Shown here: one piece after another, positions 30,761 to 44,407 of the stretch
How positions within the stretch are numbered: position 1 is the stretch's first letter
Layout of the letters: every line of letters starts with the position of its first letter
Source: Cycas panzhihuaensis
Taxonomy: Eukaryota; Plantae; Cycadophyta
Reading direction: 5' to 3'
NCBI GenBank assembly: GCA_023213395.1
Contig: CM041465.1
Coordinates: 128,595,741 to 128,659,740, forward strand
Length of the DNA stretch: 64,000 nucleotides
Notes under the pieces: model-generated
Told to the model about the DNA's origin: nothing
Seen by the model: only the letters and a program-made list of their open reading frames with translations
The model's database searches: none
Position numbers and translations under genes: made by a program

Positions 30761-32020
30761 AGATCACTCATTTTCTACATACAGGTGTGGCACCCTTAAC
30801 CTTGGCAACAAGAGAGAGAAAAGCTTTGGCAATAAAAAACTATTACTATCAACTAATAACAGGCCAACTTTATCGACTTGTCCCATATTTAATGTTGCAT
30901 TGATGTGTTCTTGAGCATGAGCGAGAGATGATTTTGATCACATCACATGAAGGCATTGCTGGGGGATATCTTGTTGGCAAATCATTGGCATGAAAAATCT
31001 TGCATTTAGGTCTTTCATGGTCGACAATGTTTAAAGACTGTCATTTGTGATCATGAAGGTGTGATATTTGCCAATGAACTAGTAGACCTCACAAGGACGA
31101 TTTTGTTCCCTTCAATTTTGTCATTGAAACCATTCCATTTGCAAAATGGGGAACTGATTTTGTTGAACCCACAACTCCAACAACAAAAACAAGTGCTTGA
31201 TATATTATCATGGCCATGGATTATATACCAAGATGGGTCGAAGCTAAGGCAACGTGGGATTATACAACAACAACTCCAACAAAGTTCTTGTTTGAATAAG
31301 TTTTTGTGAGATTTAGTTGTCCATTGGAATTAGTAAATGATCAAGGTACTCACTTTATTACCCAAACTATTAAGCATCTCTTGGATAGTTTATTGGTTCA
31401 ACATTATAAATCAACCCCATACTATCCTAGATGTAATGGCCTTGCTGAAAGCTCAAACAAGATAATATGTTGAGCCCTAATGAAAACGTGTAATGTGGGA
31501 CATTCTGATTGGTTTGAGAAACTTCATGTTGTGTTGAGGGCATATAGAACATCATATAAGAAATCAATAAGACAAACACCATTCCAACTGGTGTATGGTT
31601 TTGAAGTAGTGATGCCTGTTGAACTTATCATTCCAAGTCTTCAGGTGGCATATTGGATGTGATGGGGTGACTTGGAGGATTTGGACAATAGGCTACAACA
31701 ATTGTTGAAACTTGATGAGATTTGATTACTAGCAAACTTGCATCAGGAAGTTGTTAAACTTTGACAAAAGAATTGGCATGATCAACAATTGAAAGTCAGG
31801 GCATTTAAAGCTAGTGATTTAGTGCTAGTATTCAACAAGAAGTTCAAGGGCAAGCCAAGGAAGTTGAAAACACATTAGAATGGCCCTTACATTTTGGACA
31901 ACATATGGCATAATGGTTTGATTTCGTTGAAGACCATCTAGGGCGAATCACTTCGTAGTCAAATCAATAGAAGTCGATTCAAAATGTACAAGGATATAAA
32001 AAAAAAAAGAATTAAAAAAA

Positions 32021-32042
32021 ATGTATATATGTATATATGTGC

Positions 32043-32074
<32 letters not shown>

Positions 32075-32092
32075 ACATATATATATATATAT

Positions 32093-32143
<51 letters not shown>

Positions 32144-32193
32144 CACACATACATACATACATATATATATGTGTGTGTGTGTGTGTGTATACA

Positions 32194-32229
<36 letters not shown>

Positions 32230-32252
32230 TGTATGTATGTATGTATGTATAC

Positions 32253-32286
<34 letters not shown>

Positions 32287-32333
32287 ATACACACACACAC
32301 ACACACATATATATATATGTATGTATGTATATA
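32021..32333. repeat. Complex alternating purine-pyrimidine microsatellite: (TG)n/(CA)n/(TA)n/(TATG)n/(CATA)n
   Basis: Read directly. It is the source of the spurious six-frame ORFs at 31948-32372. Confidence 0.97.
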
Positions 32334-34046
32334 AAAGAGAAAATCCAACCCACCTGTTCTTGTAATATTTAGATCAAATATTAAGTTCAGGATACATCAA
32401 CCAGACAATTCGATAAATGAAGCTTCAAGAGGAAATGATAAAGGAAATTTAACAAGCAATGCATTGACAAAGAGAAATAGACAAGAAAAGATCAACAAAG
32501 AAAGTTGACAAAGAACCATTTCTAGAAAATAATATATACTTAACACAATATGAGATAACAATAATTTGAATCATCACTCCAGAAACATTTATGACTGATT
32601 GGACATTGATTGTTATTCAACTAATTATTTGGTATGCATTGACATGTGGCCTGTGGTAACTGATTGGTCGAGACTTAAAAAATGGCATGTGCATTAATGG
32701 CATGCATCATCTTTTTAAAGATTTTCTCATAAATAAAAGATGGGTGCCATTAGTAGGATTAGCACGGCCTTGAGTAAATCCTTTGGATTTTATATTTCAA
32801 TTCTACATTCAAACTTACGAAGTGACTATAGTTGATGAGGATAACCTTGGCTCCCTGTCAGTGAAGATTTAAGTATTTAGATTGTCAAATAACAAGTAAA
32901 CTTCTTAATCCTAAAAAAATTGAAATTATAGATGATTTATCAGGGAAGTTGCAAGAATTACACCAAAAAGGGGAGATGATAGAGAAACATCAAGAAAAGC
33001 CTCAACTTGTCTTCAATCCAAGTAGAGTTACGGACAAGGAATTGTCTTTTTATAAGGCCTAGTGACAAGAATATGTATATCAATCAATTCCAGTCCAGGA
33101 TGACACTAATGCCTTTAGGAAGGCTAAAAAAGTAATGATACTCACTGATGGGGCATAATTACTCTACTAGGTTGGAATCGCTTAAATGATTTATTTACTA
33201 GTTGTACAATGGCAAAGGGTCATTGTGCATGAAGTTCCATTGAGGTATGATAATGGTGTTTCTAGACTCAAGGTGGGGAATTCTACAATCATGCCAGAAG
33301 TGATTTATTTGCTTACTCAGTTACCTCTTGATGGGTTAGAGGTACAATTTGATAAGCTTGATTGACATGATCTTTATATGCAAATTTGCACAGAAGGAAC
33401 AAGTTTTAATAGTAAGGGCATACCCATCAAGGACATGACCCATTTTGTTTAGAAATGGGCAACCCAAATTATTTGTGGCATGATTATCCCATAAGCACGA
33501 ACCTACAAAATGTCGGCTACATATTGGCATGCCATTCTGAAAACCTTGAGGGGCTAGAGGTTATGATAGGATAAGTATTGAAGTGAATAGGGAGGCTAAG
33601 CAGTATTTCAATGAGGGGATTGTCTTTTATTTTCATTCTTTGTTATTTATGTTAATGATGTGTTCACATGGTAAACCTCAGCTTTTGCATAAAGAGCCAA
33701 GTGATCCAGAGATATTTTTGTTTAATAATTACATTTGTGCACTTGTGCATAAGGCTAGAAGTAACAATTCTACGTATTGGAATGAACTCATGAATGAGGT
33801 ACGACATGCCAAAGCTACTCAGATGCCGAAAGTTGATTCCATATATTCTAAGGAGGAACTGTATTCTTTGAAGAAAAGGCCTAGGGAGAAAGAGTCTATG
33901 ACAACACCAACAAAAAAGTTAAGAACCAAACACTCAAAGCATTGCCATAAGTCGATTATAGACACAAAGGGGAAATCCCCTGTAGAAGGGGAAAAATGCT
34001 CTATGGTGGAAGTTATTAGAGAAGGCCCATGGCCTAAGGAAGTACT

Positions 34047-37000
34047 TGTTAGAAATGGCTTAAAGCCTACAATAGCCAAGATCAAGAAAGGAGTACTAAT
34101 CTTGTTTTATAATGAAGATGATTAACATCAATATTGAAAGTTATAAATAAGCAAGAATGAACAAGAAAGCATGAAAGAGCATGAGCAAGACAATACCAAG
34201 ATACGGAGGAGATGGAATTGGTCTAATCTCCAAATGAATAATAGTTTGATTAGCAAACTAGCAGCATAACAATATGACTCACACTCTATATGAGATACAT
34301 GAGAAATGGTCTTAATATATAGAGTTACATAAGAGACCTAAAGTGCTGGATGTTTGAGAAGTGTCAAAAATCCAAGCTACATTCTTTGCATGTAGGATAT
34401 GTGTCCTTTCGGGCTCTCAAGTGAGCAAAAGTGCATAAGGGTCAATTTGACCCTTAAGTCACAATGTTATGTCACTAGGAAAGAATGTGGGTGTGTACTT
34501 TATCAGTTAAGTGATAAGTCACCCCATAAAATACAAAAGTACAAATAATATATGAATAATAAAGTACATATGCTTAACATGTAAACATAAGGTTTAACAC
34601 CCCCCCCTTACTATTTACAATGTTAAGTCGGACCCCTAGACCTTCTCAAAATTTTACAAACTTTTCTCTACCAAGTGGCTTGGTAAAGATACTTGTTGTC
34701 TACTGCTCTGTAGGTCTGAAATGGAGGTTGATTTCACCGTTCTGAACATGCTCTCTGATGAAATGGTGATGAACCTCCATGTGTTTGGTCCATGCATGAA
34801 AAACAAGATTCTTGGTCAAATTGATTACACTTTGATTGTTGCAATACAGCTTGTTGGGGTGATTTTGCTCAAGTCCGAGCTCTCTAAGAATCCATCGTAG
34901 GCAAATAGCATCACAAGCTACGCTAATTGCAGCTTTGTACTCTACTTCCGTGGATGAGAAGGTAACATTGGGTTGCTTCTTGCAACTCCACGAAATGACT
35001 CCAGAACCAAGGGTAAAGCAGTAATTCGAGGTTGATCTTCAGCTATTTTGGCATCCTACCCAATCAGAATATGAGAACCCTTCCAAGATGGAGTTCTCAT
35101 TATGCACATATTAAAGGCCATGTTGCAATGTGTCTTTGATGTATTTCAGTATGCGTTTAGCTACACTCCAATGCTTTTGATCTGGCTGAGACATGTATCT
35201 AGAACAAATCCCTACACCAAATGAAATGCCCGGTCTAGTGTTAGTGAGGTAGATTAGGCTACCAACTAGTTGCTGGAAAAGAGTGGGATTTGCAGGTTCA
35301 ACTTCCTCATTGAGAGTCAGCTTTGTTCCATTCTCCATACGCATAGGCGTTGGTTTGCAGTCATGCATCCTGAACTACTACAAAATGTTCCAAGAATATT
35401 TTGCTTGGGAGATGAAAATATAGCCTAGTTGTTGCCATACTTCAAAGCCTAAAAAGTAATGGAGAAGTCCAAGATCTGTCATCTCAAAACTTCTCTTCAA
35501 GTTATCTTGGAGAATCTCAATCATCTTAGTGTCATTTTCAGTGATCACTAAGTCATCAACATACAAGATAATAAAAATTGCATAGTCCTTCCCAACTTTA
35601 ATGTATAAGTTAGGATCTGATGTGGATTGATGATATCCATGTCTCAAGAAATAATCATCGATTTTTGAGTACCATGCTTTAAGGGCTTGTTTCAAGCCAT
35701 ACAAAGTCTTTTTTAGGCGACAAACCAAATGTCCCATACCTTGTACTTTGTAACCAAGAGGGTGCTCCAAATATACCTCCTCTTGAAGATTGCCATTGAG
35801 GAAGGTGCTCTTCACGTCCATCTAGTAAATTGACCATTTGCATTGAGCAGCTAAGGCCAAGATGAGTCTAATGGTGTTCATGTTTGCAACAGGTGCAAAA
35901 TTCTTCTCATAGTCAATGCCTTCTTTTTATTTGAAGCCCTTTGCAACAAGTTGGGCCTTTTGGTTCTTGAGTGTCCCATCAAAGTGGAATTTGGTTTTGT
36001 AAACCCATTTGCAACTGATTGCCTGTTCGTGCTTAGGCAATTCTACCATATCCCAAGTTCCATTCTTTTCAATAGAATGGATTTCTTTATCCATGGCAGC
36101 TTTCCAATTTTTATTTTCATATGCCTCCTCAAAAGTGGAAGGCTCATCAACACATAGCACTTCAACCATAACTGCATAATTGGTTTGCTGTCGCATCTTC
36201 GATGGATGTTTTCCTTAAATAATTTGGCTATCCAGAATAGTTTGAGTATACCATTTGGGCAACTTTTTGACTGATGTTACTTGAACCTCAAGATCTTCTG
36301 GTCGGAGTGGTTGATCAATAGAAGATGTGCTAGGATCAAGTGGAACATATTTTAATGATGCGGAAGGAACAACCGGTGCAGATGATATACATGGTGTGGA
36401 AGATTGAGAGGGAAGGAAGTCCTCAACAATCTTTTTGCCTTTGTCATTAGGAGGTTGGATGGATGCTGGTTCCAACTCCTTGTATTCATCTTCAACAAAG
36501 ATAACATCTCTTGAGAGATGCATTTTCTTGCAATGGGATCATACAATTTGTACACCTTGCTGTGAATGGCATAGCCTACAAAGATAAATTTAAGACTATG
36601 TTTATCTAATTTAGATCTTTGCTGATCGGGGATGTACATATATGCAATACACCCAAAAGTCTGCAAATGTCTAATGGTAGGCTTTTTGCTAGAGCAAGCT
36701 TCCTCTGGTGTGATGTTGTTGATTGTTGATGTAGGACTTCGATTTGACACATAGGCAACTGTGTGGAATGCTTCTGCCCAGTATGCTCGTGATAGTCCTT
36801 TTGCATGCATCATGGCTTTGGCTTTGTTTGCCAAAGTCCTATTCATTCGCTTTGAAACTCTATTCTATTGAGGAGTATGAGGAATTATGAGTTGTCTCTG
36901 AATGTTGTTATTCTTGCAAAATTGGATGAATTCTTTTGAAGTGAATTCACCTCCATTGTCTGATTTTAGAATCTTGATTGAGTAACCAGATTCATTCTCC

Positions 37001-40000
37001 ACTTCAAGTTTGAATTCCTTGAACTTTTGAAATGTTTCAGATTTCTGTTTGATAAAATAAACCCAAACTTTGTGTGAAAAATCATCTATGAAGGAGATGT
37101 AGTACAATGCCCCTCCAAAAGATGTCGTGGACATAGGTCCACATAAATATGAGTGGATCAGTTGCAAGGGATGTGATGCACACCACGTTTTGTCTTTAGG
37201 AAAAGGCTATCGATGATGTGTCCCCATTATGCAAGCTTCACAAAGACATTTTGATCCATAAAGTCTTGGAAGCCCATGCACCATGTTTTTGCTCACCATC
37301 ATCTTGATGTTATCTAAGCTTAAGTGGCATAGACATTGATGCCAAAGCTGCATCTTTGACATCGATTGAGTGACTGACTATGCCGTATCAAGTGTGATAT
37401 TATTTGCATCCATCTTATAAAGTCCATGGTCTTCATGACCAATGGCCACCACCTGATCGTACTTGTCACTAATAATGCATTTTCCACTTTTAAATAGAAT
37501 TCTCATTTGTTGTTTATCCAATTGGCTAACAAGTAACAGACTTTTCTTTATGGAAGGAATGAGGTAGGCATCTCCAGTGGGAAATATGGAAGAAGGATTT
37601 GAAGGTGAATGGAATGAAGTAATTTTGTCTATACCTAAAATCTGAACAGACTCATTGTTGTCAAAGGTCACTGATTAATCCCTTCCTTCTTTGATGTCAT
37701 AGAGGAGTTTTTCACTTCTTGTCATATGACGAGATGCCCCTGAAACGATGATCCATGTTTGATCAACATTTGAAATGTGATAAGCACAAAAAAGGTTATC
37801 CTCATATGTAAATTGATTTGAGTGGCGTTGATTGCCACCTCTGAACCCCCCCTTCCTCTTTGATCTCCTTGATAAGCACCTCGATTTGGTCGAGGGGGTT
37901 GTTGTTCTTTATTCTTTGGAAATGTTGCTCTTCTTGGGCGCTAATGAGGTTACTGCTACCTCTACTACTATTGACGTGGCTGCTGCTGCTGTCTAGATTG
38001 TTGGAGATCGGCTTGCTTCTTTCGACATTCTGAAGCTATGTGGCCAACTTTGCCACAATAATGATAGATAACATTGGTTTTTGATGAGCCAATGTTCATG
38101 TTCCCAAATTGCTTCGTGAGTGAAGGTTTGGGACCTTGTTTGGCCTTTAACTTGGCCGTAAATGCTCCTAACGTGGATGGATCCTCATCTTCCCTTAGGT
38201 AGATTTGCTCCTCCTGAAGTAATAAACTTTCAAGTTGATTGAAAGTTAATGTTGAAAGTGAGCCATCTCGAGTAAGGGATGAAATGAATCCATTATAGTC
38301 GTTAGGTAATGCATGCACAATTGTTGTTACAAGCTCATCTCTGGAAGTTGGTTTGCCTAATGTATTCAACTTATTACAAATCTCTTTGATGGAAGAAAAA
38401 AATGCCGACATAGGCTTTACAAATTTTGAAGAGTAAAGTTTGGCTTTAACCATCATAATGCGAGTTTCATCTCATTTTTCATACAACAAGGACAGTGTCC
38501 CAAGCTTCCTTAGAAGTTTTTGCACACACAATATTTTGATCAACACGTACATCAATAATCATATGTAAAAAGGCCAAGGCAATTTCATCCTTGGATTCTC
38601 AAGCAACAACAGAAATTGGATCTAGATGGATGACAATATTTTCATTAGTCTCACTTCGCACAAGCATAGGTTGGGGGATCTTTTCAGAAACATATTCCCA
38701 AAACTCATTCATTATCAAGAGATTTTGAGTTTGCCTTTTCCATTCTTGATAATTATCTTGTCTAGTTAATTTTATGGTACATGCATTGAGCATGTTTAAA
38801 ACATCCATGTTTAAGTTGTAAAACTCTTGAAGCTAGCAGGTGAACTTGGAAACTCTAAGCTTTTGTTGCTTAAGTTCCACCTTCTAACAAGTCAATAGTC
38901 CAAATCTTACAAGAAGATCCAACAATTGAATGGAATGATAAGGGGTGGAGGACTAGGCTATAGAGTTGGTCCAACCCTGATTTATAAAGGAGATCCAACG
39001 ATTGACCAAGTCAAATCTAGAACAAGGCAGGTAGGGTTGATCTGCATGGATGTACCGTGCTTTCCCTGGGATTCACAGCCCCAATAACACTCTTTTCGAA
39101 CCTCCTTTTCCTCAAGAAACCTTAATTGTCGTGCATTGACTGTATAGTCCGCTGGTCCCCTAAGGGATGCACCAAGCTTAAGGTTATTTCAGAGGCGAGG
39201 ATTAACCTTTTTTGAGCATCTCCCACCAAATTTTAAAGTCACTTTTTAAAGATGTTTAAGTTGACTTTAGATGAATTTTACTTGGTAGATGTATGTTATA
39301 AAAAATGCTTTATAAAACAGCTTACATTGAGCTTCAAAATGAAGCAATGAAGTACATTATGAAATAACACAAGTGTGTTTACAAAGGCATTTTAAAAATT
39401 GAACGAAGTGCTTAAAGAAACCAAGTAAAAAGTAAGCTTCCTGCTTAATGTGATGTAGCAGGTGGGTTCGTTTTTAATAGAAAATGATCAACTTGAAGAT
39501 GAAAAAGAGTCACTTGCAAATGTAGACACCAACGACCAAGTGTTAGGACTTTAAATAGTCCTAACCAGCCAAGAAAAAAGAGTGTTTTTTTATTAAAAAA
39601 GTGAATTTTGACTAGGGCATTAGGTCACCACGCAGGGAGCCTTAGAAAATCACTTAAATAAGTGAAAATTTTCACTTTTACAGTAATGATGATGCAAAAA
39701 ATCACTTAAAGTGAGTGAAATAACATAAGTGTAGAATTTTCTAAGTGTTAATTAACTTAGAATGTTACAAAAGGCTAAATTTACTTAAAAAGTGATTTAA
39801 AAAAGCGCTTAAAATCACTTTAAAGAATAAAACTTTATAATTTAACTTTATCAAAAAGAGAATATTCAAAGAATATTCTAAATGTTATAAAGTAAGGTAG
39901 AGTTTATAATGTTTAGAAATCAAAATTTTTGAAAAAAATCGAAATTGCGCAGGCTGCGCATCTCCGTGGAGGTTGAATTGTTTCGTATGACCTCCACAGT

Positions 40001-41454
40001 GCACCAAATGACTTGAAAATTCAGGTGAGCCTTTGTCTCAGGTCAAAGATGCTTCACCTTGATTTTTGCGGTGATTGATAGTTTGCAGAGAGAGATTTCA
40101 TTAGTTGATGGATTTATATGGGCGCACGGCTGTGGAGTACAAAATGGCTGCCATACAGTTATTTAGGGTTTAAAACCCATTGCTGCAACTTCAAGAGTGT
40201 TCTTCTATAGTAGCAGCACCTGTAGATATCATCGGACATAGGGCAACTAGCAAATTCAAGAAGAAACAAACAATTTTTGTTAAGAAAATTTGCTTTGCAA
40301 GTTAAAGAATGGCCCAGAACAGTGAAAACTTCCTTGCATATCAGGTGCAGACTGAATGGAGTGAAGGAGGGATTGATTTCCAATAAGAAACACATACAAA
40401 CTCTTGAGATTTGCCTTACTTTTGCAGAAATTAATTTTTTCTAGAGAAAAAATCAAAGAAAATCACTATTTTTGAAGTAAAATCACTGAAAATAGTAATA
40501 AATCCGCCCAACATTGTTAGAAAATTGTAACAAATTAGTTGCAGGTCATAAATGAGAATCAAAAGAGTGATTTATAGTAAAAAATTAGTCAGATCTTTTA
40601 GATCTACTCTTTTCCCTGTAGAAAATAATTTTTTCTAAAAAAAAAAAAAAAAGGAAAAATCACTATTTTTTGATAACAATGAGTGTTGCACCCTGCAAGA
40701 ATGTTTGGAAAAATTTCAAACCTTGAAATGAGCTTGCTCCAGCCTTCAAGTAGCTTTAATAAAGTTTGGATCTATTGAAAAATAGGACGAACAAGCCTCG
40801 GATTGCCTTCGGAGTGCGAAGGTCGTCACTAAGGGTTTGTAAACCCTAATAGGAAACTAGAGCAGAAAAAGGGCACCTTTCTGTTGCTTCGATACCAAAT
40901 GTTAGAAATGGCTTAAAGCCTACAATAACTAGGATCAAGAAAGGAGTACTAATCTTGCTCTATAATGAAGATGATTAACATCAATATTGAAAGCTATTCA
41001 AATAAGCAAGAATGAACTAGAAAGCATGAAAGAGCATGAGCAAGACAATACCAAGATATGGAGGAGATGAAATTGGTCCAATCTCCAAATGAATAACAGT
41101 TTGATTAGCAAACTGACAGTATAACAATATGACTCACACTTTATATGAGATACATGAGAAATGGTCTTAATATATATAGTTACAGAAGAGACCTAAGGTG
41201 TTGGATGTTTGACAAGTGTCAAAAATCCAAGCTACATCATTTGCATGTAGGACATGTGTCTTTTTGGGCTCTCAAGTGAGCAAAAGTGCATAAGGGTCAT
41301 TTTGACCCTTAAGTCCCAATGTTGTGTCACTAGGAAAGAATGTGGGTGTGTACTTTATCACTTAAGTGATAAGCCACCCCATAAAGTACAAAAGTACATA
41401 TAATACATGAATAATAAAGTACATATGCTTAACATGTAAACATAAGGTTTAACA
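34047..41454 (-). mobile_element. Full-length degenerate Ty1/Copia element (copy A)
   Basis: LTRs at 34047-34599 and 40900-41454. Met PBS at 40886-40897 (minus strand TGGTATCGAAGC). PPT seen as a C-tract from 34600. Degenerate TSD GTACT/GCACC. Domain order gag-PR-INT-RT-RH. Confidence 0.96.
34620..38808 (-). pseudogene. Copia gag-pol of copy A, interrupted
   Basis: Start MDVLNMLNAC at 38808. Zinc knuckle YCGKVGHIASEC, INT FIDDFSHKVW and SDNGGEF, RT MDVKSTFLNG and LYVDDL. Confidence 0.92.
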
Positions 41455-44407
41455 GCACCTTCAATTATGCAGACAACGAAGGCTTAGAGGACACCTAAGT
41501 TAAAGGAACCATCTAAGCTAAAGAAGAAGACAGGCTAGAAGGTGGAGTGTGGTTCTATAACCAAGCACCTAATGAAGGAATTGTCGAGACTTCTTTGCAG
41601 CCAATAGAGGATATTTAACTTGCATATCCTTCAAAGGATGCTAAGCATAAGTTATTTGATTCTTCTTTTATTTTGGTGGAGGGATAAGGCAAATTGTAGG
41701 TCCTAAATAAATCTCAAACTAATGACGATCAACATGCTTCCGTCCAATATATTGTAGAGCAAGTCCCTACACAAGATCTAGCATCGTTGGACTTGGGCAT
41801 GTTCCCTATGGAAGCTTTCTAGATGGACGCCCTGTCAATTGACTTTGTCATTAAAAGGATTGTAGAGGAGGTAGACCTGTCAAATTGGAAGGTTAAAGAA
41901 ATTCCTTAGGATGGTAGCAGGCAGATTGCACAACAAATTATCAACAATGTCGACAATTGTAGATTGAGGATGGCCCCATTGGATTTAGTTATTATTCTTA
42001 TTTGCAAGGAAATTGTAGGTATGTGGGTGAACTTTAGTACTGGAGAAGTGTGGTGATCCAAATGGGCCAACCACAAAGACTAAGGAATGCTTGGGCAATC
42101 AGAGGGGGCTAGTCTCTAAGTTTACACACAAGATGCCTTAAAAGGGAGTTTGAAGATGAATATTAAATTGAATAACTGATGATATAAAGCAATAATGGCC
42201 TATACACATATATACATGTATTGTGACCTTATATATAAAAGGGTATGACCCATTGACGTACCGTTTAATAATTAAACATTAACTTGTTAAGATAAAGATA
42301 CTTGATTAGTTACATAACAATACTCCTCTCCTTAAAATGCTTTGCCCTCAAATCGTCCTTAATATTGGATAATGTTCATAAAATTCATTGGATTCCCAAG
42401 AAGCATCCTTAAGTGGTAAATTTTTCCACTTAACCAAGTACTCTAGAATTTGTCTTGAACGTAAATTTTTTATTCGTGAATCTAAAATCGCTTCTAGAAT
42501 TAAGATTAATTTCCCTTCATCATTGGTTTCTAGTATTATTGTTTGTTGCAATATTTTGTCCCCTATCTTTCGCTTAAGGTAGGACACATGGAAGATGTTG
42601 TGAATCCTTCCCTTGTTAGGCAAGAGTAATGTGTAAGCAACCTCATGAATTTTTTGTTGAATTTGATAAGGTCCATAGAATTTTGGAGCAAGTTTTCTTT
42701 GGTTGGAATTCTTAAGGGATGTTTGTTTATAGGGTTGGAGTTTAATCTCCTGCTTGAAAATTCCTGTCAAATTTGTGTCAATCTTCTTGTATTTTCATCT
42801 TACGGTGGGCTAATTCCATTGGTTCCTTGAGAATTAGTATGTTTTTACGTGATTGTTGTAAGAAGTCTTGTACCGCTAGAACCTTATTGTATAGTCTTGT
42901 AAAGATGGGGGGTTGTATCCATACAATGCCGTAAAGGGGTCATCTTAATGGAAGTATGGAATGTTGTGTTATGCCACCATTCAACTAGGTAAAGCCATTG
43001 ATGCCATTGGCTTGGTTTTTCAAAGACGAAACTTTGCAAATATTCTTCTAAACATTTATTAACTATCTCTATTTGACTATCTGTTTGCATGTGACATGTT
43101 GTACTCATTGTTAATCTTGTGCCTACTTACTTAAATAACTCCTTCCAAAAATTATTTGTAAATTTTGGATCATAATCACTGGCAATAACTTTCAGAAATC
43201 CATGAAGTCAAAAAATAGATTTCATAAAAACACTTGTAATTTGTCTTATATTGAAGGTTGATTGGATTCCTACAAAGTGAGCATATTTAGTTAATCTATC
43301 CATGACCACAAAAATGTTCTCTCTTCCTTCTAATTTTGGAAGTCCAATTATGAAATTCATCAATATTTCTTCCCACTTTTGTTTGGTACATGGAAGGGTT
43401 GTAGGAGGCCAGGAATGGCTACATTCTCATATAAATGATTCCCATTTTAACAAGTTAGTTAAGGGGGTTGCGATGTGGGCATAGTTTTTAATAAATCCTA
43501 TATAGTAGCCTATTAATCCTAAGAATCTTCGTAATTTGGAGACACTTTTCGGGGTTGGCCAATCTAGAATGGCTTTGATTTTTCTTGGGTCCATTTTGAC
43601 TCCTTGAGCTGATATAATATGCCCCAAGTATTCTATCTCCTATTTCCCAAACATACATTTGTATTTCTTAGCATAGAACTCATTTTTTCTTAAGGTTTCA
43701 AAATTTGAAGAAAAAATGACAAGGTTTTCAAAACCTTGTCAACATGTAACGGGTGCTTGTCCCAACAGTGACTGTATACTAAAATGTGTTCAAAGAAGAT
43801 GAGCACAAATCTTCTCAACCATGGTTGAAAGGTTTTGTTCATGATTGCTTGGTGTTTTGTTGGGGCATTTGTTAGGCTGAAGGACGTGACATTGAATTCA
43901 TAATGATCCATATGAGTGTGAAAAGTTATTTTTGGAATATCTTTAGTAGGAATACATATTTGATAGTATCCAGATTATAAATCAAGTTTAGTGAAATATT
44001 TAGCTCCATGAAGTTCACCCAAGTTTGTCAATTCTTGGAATAGGAAAACTATTCTTAATAGTTATTTTGTTCAGCATACGAAAATCTACACACATACAAA
44101 AACAACTGTCTTTTTTACTTACTAGGACTATGGGCACTGCATATGGGCTTTTACTAGGTAATATGGCTCTAATTTTTAATGGATCCTGAATAATTCTTTC
44201 AATTTCATTCTTGTGACGATAGGGATGTTGGTATGGCTTTTTTTTTAATTTGATAAGGTACAATACAATTAAATGTGGGTTTGAAGAACAGGCTCCCACA
44301 ACCTAGTACATCAAAAATGTAATAAAATCCACAGCATGAGGGACCGTGACACCCCCACGGCCTAGGGAAAATCTATAAGCTAAAAAGTGCCAGAACAAGC
44401 CCCATGA

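Noticed and set aside
31948-32372. Six overlapping 110-130 aa ORFs
   Set aside because: Translations of a stop-free microsatellite (VCVC/THTH/YIYI), not genes.
33583-34125. 180-aa ORF as a host gene
   Set aside because: A fragment of a TE accessory ORF whose last ~26 codons run into the Copia LTR.
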